Of a DNA stretch of 39,291 bases, positions 25,596 through 31,888 are shown piece by piece; position 1 is the stretch's first letter, and each line of letters begins with the position of its first letter. Both the position numbers and the translations under genes were made by a program. The notes under the pieces were generated by a model, which had not been told where the DNA came from, did not search any database, and saw only the letters and a program-made list of their open reading frames with translations. The stretch lies in IMG/VR virus record IMGVR_UViG_3300036851_000097, positions 1 through 39,291 of that record; one strand, 5' to 3'. The stretch is from a virus.

Positions 25596-25844
25596 ATGAA
25601 AAACCAAACAATGAGCATGGGGGCGATTTTGGTTGTAAAAATGATGCACCCAATATTTGGGACAGAAGTAGTCTGGAAGTCTCCCAGCATACCCAAGACT
25701 CCTAGGGGTTACCGATTCTTGAAAATCGGGGAGAAGGTTTTGCCGACAGACTTACTCCCATGCGGGAGACTTTGGGGAATGGCCGCTACCAGAAAGCACG
25801 TTAAAATTAAGGCACTCCTACGGCCTTATATTCGGAGGAAATAA
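25596..25844 (+). CDS. Hypothetical protein
   Basis: 82-aa ORF that abuts the previous stop. Confidence 0.6.
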   Translation: MKNQTMSMGAILVVKMMHPIFGTEVVWKSPSIPKTPRGYRFLKIGEKVLPTDLLPCGRLWGMAATRKHVKIKALLRPYIRRK

Positions 25845-26068
25845 TGCCATACCTACAATCCCACTGCGACTTTTGTGGCGAATACGTTGGTGAAGGTGGC
25901 AAGCGTACCCGCACGAATGCCCTATGCGCCGTCCACCTGAACAAGACGAATGCCATCCCCAAGAAGGCCGGGAAGAAGGTTTTAAATCATAGTGGACACG
26001 TTGCGTCCGTCCCTTCCTTTGGAGGGCCACAAGGATATAAGCGGCCTATCCATGGGAGCGGGTTTTAA
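25844..26068 (+). CDS. Small Cys-rich protein, paralogue A
   Basis: 74 aa. CDFCGE...C..HL pattern shared with the next ORF. TAATG overlap upstream. Confidence 0.6.
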   Translation: MPYLQSHCDFCGEYVGEGGKRTRTNALCAVHLNKTNAIPKKAGKKVLNHSGHVASVPSFGGPQGYKRPIHGSGF

Positions 26069-26296
26069 ATGACCAAAAGCAAGCTAATACAAGACTGCGA
26101 TCTTTGCGGAGAAACTATAAACGAGAACGGATACAGGGGGTATTATAAAGGTTTTTGCGAGAAGCATTTACACTTAAAAAAAATGCCGCCCCGTGTACAA
26201 GGTAAGCGCGGAGTAAAGGATGGCCCAGACTACGCCGCCCCAATATTCTTCTCCCACGGGCTACCCGAGGAACCCAATCATTGCGGAAGAGGGTAA
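26069..26296 (+). CDS. Small Cys-rich protein, paralogue B
   Basis: 75 aa with CDLCGE...CEKHL. Confidence 0.6.
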   Translation: MTKSKLIQDCDLCGETINENGYRGYYKGFCEKHLHLKKMPPRVQGKRGVKDGPDYAAPIFFSHGLPEEPNHCGRG

Positions 26297-26336
26297 GACG
26301 CCCATTGACTGATTTAACAAACCGAAAGGAAGCAGC

Positions 26337-26582
26337 ATGAAATCACATAAAGACCAGCACCAAGGCAAACTAAACTGGCAGGAAATCAAACTTGCTAACC
26401 GTATGACCCGATCACCTAAGAAGTGGTTTACATCCCTTGAAATATGCGGGATCACCGGATGCGTGTCGGCCCGGGATAAAATAAGGAAGCTACGGGCAAA
26501 CGGTATTGGGATTACTGACGCCCATTTTCTGCGCGAAACGGAGACAGGGGCGCATGTCTACGGCTGGCGGGTATTGCAATGA
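26337..26582 (+). CDS. Small putative DNA-binding (winged-helix-like) protein
   Basis: 81 aa. WFTSLEICGITGCVSARDKIRKLR resembles an HTH. RBS GGAAG. Confidence 0.5.
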   Translation: MKSHKDQHQGKLNWQEIKLANRMTRSPKKWFTSLEICGITGCVSARDKIRKLRANGIGITDAHFLRETETGAHVYGWRVLQ

Positions 26583-26713
26583 GCACTAGAAAACATGAGA
26601 AAAATAAGGTGTGGTTTTACCCATTTCCTCCCCAGAACCTTCCACCCAAGAAATCCACCGTTATCCTGTTCGACAAGTCAACGGGTAAACTATGGAATGA
26701 GGCTGCAAAATGA
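26579..26713 (+). CDS. Hypothetical 44-aa protein
   Basis: ATGA overlaps at both ends. Below the track cut-off. Confidence 0.4.
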   Translation: MSTRKHEKNKVWFYPFPPQNLPPKKSTVILFDKSTGKLWNEAAK

Positions 26714-26898
26714 AATCACTTGAAGACCACAACAAAGAGGCATTGGGAAGGTTTATGAACCCACCCAGAAACTTCAATGGTATAGAATGCCCTAAATGTG
26801 GCAAAGAATTAGAAGACAATCCATACATGGTTTTGACGTCGCATCCACCACAAATACCGATTTTTTGTGAATGCGGATATAGAGGGGCGCGGTACTAG
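26710..26898 (+). CDS. Small zinc-ribbon protein
   Basis: 62 aa with CPKCG...CECG. Confidence 0.6.
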   Translation: MKSLEDHNKEALGRFMNPPRNFNGIECPKCGKELEDNPYMVLTSHPPQIPIFCECGYRGARY

Positions 26899-26899
26899 C

Positions 26900-27070
26900 A
26901 TGAGAATCATTAAAGCCCTTACAATCTGCTTTATCGCGTGGATGCTGTACTTATCCGTTGACCGTGCTTGCGCGTCCCTAGACCGCCTTACCGTGGCCCT
27001 ACATGAGGATTGTTTGATAGGGGATGGGTCGCCGCCTAGGTACTTGAATTCGGTCAAGAAAAATAAGTGA
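26900..27070 (+). CDS. Small membrane-anchored protein
   Basis: 56 aa from ATG 26900. TM segment ALTICFIAWMLYL. Confidence 0.5.
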   Translation: MRIIKALTICFIAWMLYLSVDRACASLDRLTVALHEDCLIGDGSPPRYLNSVKKNK

Positions 27071-27182
27071 ATTTCCCCATGCGGGGAGCGCAATATTTCA
27101 CTATCTTTCAAAACATGACGCACGTTAACCCATTCGACAATGCCGAACCAATCCAAATTTAATCCAGCCCACCCCACGCGCA

Positions 27183-28088
27183 TTGTCGCGGTTGGCGTTG
27201 CGTCACATCCTCAACAGGGGTGGGTTCGGATTATTTGTGGAGGATTCTTTGCGTGAGCTACACCTTTTTGCAGGAGCAGGGGGGGGTATCCTCGGTGGAA
27301 TCCTTCTCGGACATACCCCCGTCTGTGCTGTCGAGATTGAACCTTACCCAAGAAAAGTCTTACTCCAAAGACAGCGAGACGGGATATTTCCAAAGTTCCC
27401 AATTTGGGATGACATCAGAACCTTTGACGGAAACCCATGGCGAGGGCTCGTCGATGTTGTTTGCGGAGGGTTCCCATGCCAGGATATTAGCGCAGCAGGA
27501 AAGGGCGCGGGAATCACGGGAGAAAGATCAGGACTTTGGGCCGAGATGGCGCGGATCATTCGCGAGATTCAACCCCAATTCGCATTTGTGGAAAACTCCC
27601 CAATACTCACTTCTCGGGGGCTTGGCGTCGTTCTCGGAGACTTGGCCAGAATGGGGTATGATGCAAGATGGGGAGTGCTTTCATGCGCCGATGTTGGCGG
27701 TGTTCACTTACGAAAACGAATCTGGATTAAAGCTGCCAACGCCGAGAAGTTGTACAGCTATGGGGGCAAGAATAACCGAAAACACGGCTCAACAGAAATT
27801 TCCAAACCTAGAGACGATTTTAGCGCGTCTCGTTCTTCCCACCATTGGGAAGAACGAGAACAAGGGAAGTTCCAAAAAAAGATATATCGGTTCAAAAGAT
27901 TTCCGTGGGGCGAAGATGTCCGAGGGATTGAGGATTTGCGAGGCCGATCCGATTTACCTGAACCCCTTATTCGCCGAATTGGTCATGATGTGGCCTTTGG
28001 GATGGACAGACTTGCAGTCATTGGAAACGGACAAGTTCCAAGAGTGGTTAAACTTGCATGGGAAACCCTCTCAGAAGGGCTTATCTAA
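27183..28088 (+). CDS. DNA (cytosine-5) methyltransferase, main frame (motifs I, IV, VI, VIII, X)
   Basis: LHLFAGAGGG (I), GGFPCQDIS (IV), FAFVENSP (VI), HLRKRIWI (VIII), IGNGQVPRV (X). There is no ATG start: the candidates are TTG 27183 or GTG 27237. No recognisable motif IX in this frame. Confidence 0.85.
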   Translation: MSRLALRHILNRGGFGLFVEDSLRELHLFAGAGGGILGGILLGHTPVCAVEIEPYPRKVLLQRQRDGIFPKFPIWDDIRTFDGNPWRGLVDVVCGGFPCQDISAAGKGAGITGERSGLWAEMARIIREIQPQFAFVENSPILTSRGLGVVLGDLARMGYDARWGVLSCADVGGVHLRKRIWIKAANAEKLYSYGGKNNRKHGSTEISKPRDDFSASRSSHHWEEREQGKFQKKIYRFKRFPWGEDVRGIEDLRGRSDLPEPLIRRIGHDVAFGMDRLAVIGNGQVPRVVKLAWETLSEGLI

Positions 28089-28095
28089 TGGCTAG
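27220..28095 (+). CDS. Overprinted +1-frame ORF inside the C5-MTase gene (TRD/motif IX-like content)
   Basis: Open for 291 codons. It contains KLPTPRS, LPTIGKNENKG and LNPLFAELVMMWPLGWTDL. In-frame ATGs lie at 27409 and 27916 (the latter gives a 59-aa peptide). Expression is unproven. Confidence 0.4.
   Translation: MGSDYLWRILCVSYTFLQEQGGVSSVESFSDIPPSVLSRLNLTQEKSYSKDSETGYFQSSQFGMTSEPLTETHGEGSSMLFAEGSHARILAQQERARESREKDQDFGPRWRGSFARFNPNSHLWKTPQYSLLGGLASFSETWPEWGMMQDGECFHAPMLAVFTYENESGLKLPTPRSCTAMGARITENTAQQKFPNLETILARLVLPTIGKNENKGSSKKRYIGSKDFRGAKMSEGLRICEADPIYLNPLFAELVMMWPLGWTDLQSLETDKFQEWLNLHGKPSQKGLSNG
27279..27286 (+). repeat. G8 homopolymer in C5-MTase motif I
   Basis: gca gga gca ggg ggg ggt. 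Loss of one G would move frame 0 into the open +1 frame. Confidence 0.95.
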
Positions 28096-29086
28096 GATTC
28101 GAAACATCAAGCCCGAGTTTTTCCGTCACGAAGAATTACAGTCGTTCGGTGCATTACCAATGCTGGTATTTACTGGATTATGGTGCCAAGCTGATCGGGA
28201 AGGGCGCTTTAACTGGAAACCAAAAACTCTGAAACTGGACATCTTGCCATTTATTGAATTCAATATGGGAGAAGTTTTAGACCAACTTCTGTCTATTGAT
28301 CTAATCCGTAAATATTCAGTCTCAGGGGCAGATTATGGCCTAATAAAAAATTGGTCTAGGCATCAATTACCGGGAAGGGATGAACCACCTAGCGAAATAC
28401 CTGCCTTAGATGGGGTGTTAACGGACTATGATAGACCCCCTAACGCCACAATTAGAGCCAAAATTTATGAGCGTGATGGTTATTCATGCTCTTATTGTAA
28501 AATAGACCTTAGAAACAGTATCCGGTCACGCTGCATAGATCATGTTATTCCCTATGCAAAGGGTGGGAAAAACACGGAAAAAAATCTTGTAACTTCATGC
28601 AAACAATGCAATTACAAAAAGGGAAACAAAACTCCTTTGGAAGCAAAAATGCCTTGGCCAGATGGTTTTGGAGAACAGTATGTTAACGGGGTGTTAACGG
28701 TTACATTAACAGACCTTCAACCAAACCGTGACAAGGAAAGGGAAAAGGGAATTGAAAATGGAGTTAGGATAAAGGATAAGGCCGAAATCGGACCATGGTT
28801 TTCAGACCCTCTCTTTTCCGAGGCTTGGAGCGAGTGGACAAAGGCTCGGAAGTCTAAGCCGCCAGAGGCTGCGTACCGGAAGCTGGTGCGAATATCTGGC
28901 TCAGACCTTACCCTCGCGATTAAAATCCTCAATGAATCTGCCGAAAATGGCTGGACGGGGATTTTTCCCCTGAAAGGACAAAATGGAACCCATTTCAAAT
29001 CTCGTGGGCAAAAGCTCGATGATGCAGCCGAATCCCTCCTTAGAGACCTCGGAGGAACGCCGGAAGGCGGTAGAAGTCCAGCTTAG
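28088..29086 (+). CDS. Replication-organiser-like protein with embedded HNH nuclease domain
   Basis: 332 aa from ATG 28088 (TAATG overlap). N-terminal ARIRNIKPEFFRHEEL...GLWCQADREGRF. HNH motif is CSYC...CIDHVIPYAKGGKNTEKNLVTSCKQCNYKKGN. C-terminal FSEAWSEWTKARKSK. Confidence 0.7.
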   Translation: MARIRNIKPEFFRHEELQSFGALPMLVFTGLWCQADREGRFNWKPKTLKLDILPFIEFNMGEVLDQLLSIDLIRKYSVSGADYGLIKNWSRHQLPGRDEPPSEIPALDGVLTDYDRPPNATIRAKIYERDGYSCSYCKIDLRNSIRSRCIDHVIPYAKGGKNTEKNLVTSCKQCNYKKGNKTPLEAKMPWPDGFGEQYVNGVLTVTLTDLQPNRDKEREKGIENGVRIKDKAEIGPWFSDPLFSEAWSEWTKARKSKPPEAAYRKLVRISGSDLTLAIKILNESAENGWTGIFPLKGQNGTHFKSRGQKLDDAAESLLRDLGGTPEGGRSPA

Positions 29087-29096
29087 ACGCATAGCA

Positions 29097-29456
29097 ATGT
29101 CTCAGGGGGCAGAACCGCCGTCTCAGGCCCGTTTAACGCTGCTGGTTGAGGACGCGCTAAGGGTCTGGAAAGAAATCCCTACAAGGTGCCTTTCTGAGGC
29201 TGTGGACGAAGGGTTGATTTTGGCGGGGAATTTCCATTGTAACCCCGGGACGGTGGCAAAAGCATGGCGGGAGCCGTCAACGGCGAAAACGCTGCAATTA
29301 GGGGGGGGGCGGCAATACGGGGCAGTGGCTTTGGCCCACGCGAAAGAATGGGACGAAATGTGGCAGGGACTAACCGAGGAAGAGCGAGTAAAAGCGCAAG
29401 AGGAACACCGGACTTTTTTCGCCGGACTCAGGAGACGAATTGTGGGGGGAGAATGA
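29097..29456 (+). CDS. Hypothetical protein (contains a G9 tract)
   Basis: 119 aa from ATG 29097. Confidence 0.55.
   Translation: MSQGAEPPSQARLTLLVEDALRVWKEIPTRCLSEAVDEGLILAGNFHCNPGTVAKAWREPSTAKTLQLGGGRQYGAVALAHAKEWDEMWQGLTEEERVKAQEEHRTFFAGLRRRIVGGE
29301..29309 (+). repeat. G9 homopolymer
   Basis: tta ggg ggg ggg cgg, inside CDS 29097..29456. Confidence 0.95.
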
Positions 29457-29614
29457 AAGACAAACACACCCATTTACGGGTTTTCGCATGGGACAAGCTG
29501 GAAATACAAGAACTGGCCGCGAAAGCTGGAAAGCCTGCGTCCAATTTTGTTGCGGATTTAATCGAGGCTTACAAGAAAGTCAACGCCGAAGCATTCACAA
29601 GGGGGATAGATTGA
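29453..29614 (+). CDS. Small ribbon-helix-helix-like protein
   Basis: 53 aa. THLRVFAWDKLEIQELAAKAGKPASNFVADLIEAY resembles a CopG/Arc-type RHH. ATGA overlap upstream. Confidence 0.5.
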   Translation: MKDKHTHLRVFAWDKLEIQELAAKAGKPASNFVADLIEAYKKVNAEAFTRGID

Positions 29615-30343
29615 GCCTTCCAACGCCGTATTATTCCGATGATGCTGTGACAATCTATCACGGTGATTGCCGGGAAATCCTGCCATTACTTGCCCCTGTT
29701 GTAGATTTGGTTCTAACTGATCCTCCGTATGGGATTAAAAAAGATGGACAGGCGCAGTCAACAGGGAAGCATGGTGGCCGAAAGGCATATGAATTTAGAG
29801 GGTGGGATAAAGAACGACCATCAAAAGAGACGTTCGACCTTATCCTTTCAGCTGCCGTCCGTCATATAATTTGGGGAGGCAATTATTTCGCGGATTTCTT
29901 GCCAGCTGAAATGAAATGGCTCGTTTGGGATAAAGGGCAACGCATAAATCAATCTGACGGCGAGTTGGCATGGACATCGCTGGGGGGGGGCGTTACGAAT
30001 TATGACGCTTAACCGAGTTGCGCTTATGACGGACGGCGCAGAACACCCAACGCAAAAACCAATGAAACTAATGTCATGGTGCATCCAACTCGCAGGAGAA
30101 ACCAACACCATCCTCGACCCATTCATGGGGTCAGGTACGACTTTAAGAGCAGCAGCCGATCTAGGGCGAAAAGCTATTGGGATCGAGCTGGAAGAGCGGT
30201 ATTGCGAGGTGGCCGCGAAAAGGATGTGCCAGACTGTTTTACCGTTGACAGATAATAATAGCCATGATAGATTTACCATAGGAGGTAATCATGGGTCACA
30301 AACAGACGGAAGAAACGAAGAAAAAAATCTCTTTAGCCAATAA
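29611..30343 (+). pseudogene. Beta-class N6-adenine/N4-cytosine DNA methyltransferase, split by a frameshift at a G9 tract
   Basis: N-terminal half is 29611(TTG)..30012: IYHGDCREIL, TDPPYG, IWGGNYF, WLVWDK. C-terminal half is 30002..30343: HPTQKP, DPFMGSGTT. One fewer G at 29982-29990 gives a continuous ...AWTSLGGALRIMTLNRVALMTDGAEHPTQKP. Confidence 0.85.
29982..29990 (+). repeat. G9 homopolymer at the MTase frameshift point
   Basis: t ggggggggg c. Confidence 0.95.
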
Positions 30344-30755
30344 GGGGAGGGTTAGAAGTCCAGAGGCAACCAAAAAGCACAGCGAAACAAGGAAGCGGCT
30401 TTTTAAAGAGGGGAAAATAAAAATCCCTTGGGCGGCGACAAAAGGGGTGATGACATGGAACAAGAAAGGCGCAGAGTCAACATCGTGGAAGGGTGGCAGA
30501 CAGACCGACAAATGGGGGTATATATGGTTACGAAGGCCCGAACATCCCAACGCGAATTCTACCGGAATGATTGCGGAGCATCGCTTGGTCATGTCGGACA
30601 GCTTGGGGAGGCCACTTCATCCTTGGGAAAACGTACACCATATAAACGCCATAAAAAACGACAACCGTTTGGAAAATCTTGCGATAGTCACAAAAAAGAT
30701 TCATCACGGGGAGATTCTATGCCCACATTGCGACAAGACATTTCTGATACGTTGA
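30291..30755 (+). CDS. HNH homing endonuclease with NUMOD3-like motif
   Basis: 154 aa. GHKQTEETKKKISLANKG (NUMOD3-like). GYIWLRRPEHPNANSTGMIAEHRLVM...ENVHHINAIKNDNRLENL (HNH_3-like). Overlaps the MTase 3' end by 53 nt. Confidence 0.85.
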   Translation: MGHKQTEETKKKISLANKGRVRSPEATKKHSETRKRLFKEGKIKIPWAATKGVMTWNKKGAESTSWKGGRQTDKWGYIWLRRPEHPNANSTGMIAEHRLVMSDSLGRPLHPWENVHHINAIKNDNRLENLAIVTKKIHHGEILCPHCDKTFLIR

Positions 30756-30783
30756 CCCCAACGGAAGATAAGGGAGGGAAAGG

Positions 30784-31044
30784 ATGAAAACTTGCCAACA
30801 TGGGGTTGATACAGGCCTCCAAAGGTATGCAATTACGCAACCTAAAAGCCTTTCCGTTGATGGAGTTAGGATTGAGACAAAAGCGGATTCGATCGTAATG
30901 GTTGAGTTTTATTGGAAGTGCTTGGATTGCGGCCCAAAGGGGAAGCCTGACAATCACGAAGAAATAATCCTTAAATACGAAAAGTCAGCAGGTCAAGAAC
31001 CCGAGCGCGGCAATCCCGCCGCCTCTGTAAGTGAGGGGGAGTAG
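30784..31044 (+). CDS. Hypothetical protein
   Basis: 86-aa ORF with RBS GGGAGGGAAAGG. Confidence 0.6.
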   Translation: MKTCQHGVDTGLQRYAITQPKSLSVDGVRIETKADSIVMVEFYWKCLDCGPKGKPDNHEEIILKYEKSAGQEPERGNPAASVSEGE

Positions 31045-31045
31045 G

Positions 31046-31222
31046 ATGGAACGAGATTTAACAACATGGATTGGGATTTTTCTTGAATTGGGACTTGCAG
31101 TTGCAGGATTTTTTATTTTTTGGTACTTGCCAACTACGTATGTTTGGTCTACTAGGATGGCTGCGATATTCGTCTTTTCGCTAGCCGTAACCGCTGCATG
31201 GTTCCTTTGGAAATATTCGTGA
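31046..31222 (+). CDS. Small two-TM membrane protein
   Basis: 58 aa from ATG 31046 (GGGGGAGTAGG upstream). Two hydrophobic helices. Confidence 0.55.
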   Translation: MERDLTTWIGIFLELGLAVAGFFIFWYLPTTYVWSTRMAAIFVFSLAVTAAWFLWKYS

Positions 31223-31309
31223 CCCCATCATTCCAAAAGCCCACCCGATACCGCCCTAAATCCGAATGGCTATCCGCTCTAATCCAGCGTCCACGAAAGA
31301 AGGTGAAAC

Positions 31310-31753
31310 GTGCCAATAACAGTAAATCCCAAAGACCTGGGACTAAAGTTCGCCCGTCAACTGAAACCCAAAAAAAGACGGGTGCTCAGTAAGGACGATG
31401 CCAAGACAGAAAAGCCTTTGCAAGAGGCTTGCGAAAAGTGGTTGGAAGATCGGGGGATAGTGTACTTGCATATCCCGCAATTCCTACTTGTCGCAGGGTT
31501 TACTCAGGGGAGTAATCCGAGAGAATGGGGGGTCAGAAATAACGCCGCAAAAGACGTTCGGGGATTTCCTGACATCTGTATATTCCACCCGAACCAAAAA
31601 GAATATTTGGCCGTGGAACTTAAATCAAGAACAGGGGTGACAACCGACTGGCAGAATAAATGGGTTAAAGCCTTGGGAGGCCATGTATTCAGGAACCTAC
31701 CGGACTTTGTAGCAGCCGTCGAACCGTGGCTATTGATAAAGCCAGATCATTAA
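31310..31753 (+). CDS. VRR-NUC domain nuclease
   Basis: 147 aa with a GTG start after GAAGGTGA. GFPDICIF...YLAVELKSRTGVTTDWQNKW matches the VRR-NUC PD-(D/E)XK core. Confidence 0.75.
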   Translation: MPITVNPKDLGLKFARQLKPKKRRVLSKDDAKTEKPLQEACEKWLEDRGIVYLHIPQFLLVAGFTQGSNPREWGVRNNAAKDVRGFPDICIFHPNQKEYLAVELKSRTGVTTDWQNKWVKALGGHVFRNLPDFVAAVEPWLLIKPDH

Positions 31754-31836
31754 AGGCCAAAATAAACCGCATGACTTCAAGGCCAAGGGGCAAAAATGGG
31801 CGGTTTGAGAGGGCGAAAAAATAGTTTACTTTTCTA

Positions 31837-31864
31837 TTGACAATCGCGTTTAGATACCTAGATT
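31837..31864 (+). promoter_or_regulatory. Sigma70-like promoter
   Basis: TTGACA (31837-31842), 16-nt spacer, TAGATT (31859-31864). Same -10 hexamer and ctaTTGAC context as the promoter at 19440. Confidence 0.5.
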
Positions 31865-31888
31865 AAGGGGACACAATAAGGAGGATTT

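Noticed and set aside
26809-27183. A 124-aa minus-strand ORF upstream of the C5-MTase gene.
   Set aside because: It is opposite the small plus-strand genes 26710..27070 and the 27071-27182 spacer. It has no RBS and an implausible sequence, and it would be the only minus-strand gene in a 17-kb plus-strand operon.
31198-31392. A 64-aa plus-strand ORF bridging the gap before the VRR-NUC gene.
   Set aside because: It overlaps the ends of both better-supported neighbours in another frame. Its composition is highly basic and low-complexity, and there is no RBS.
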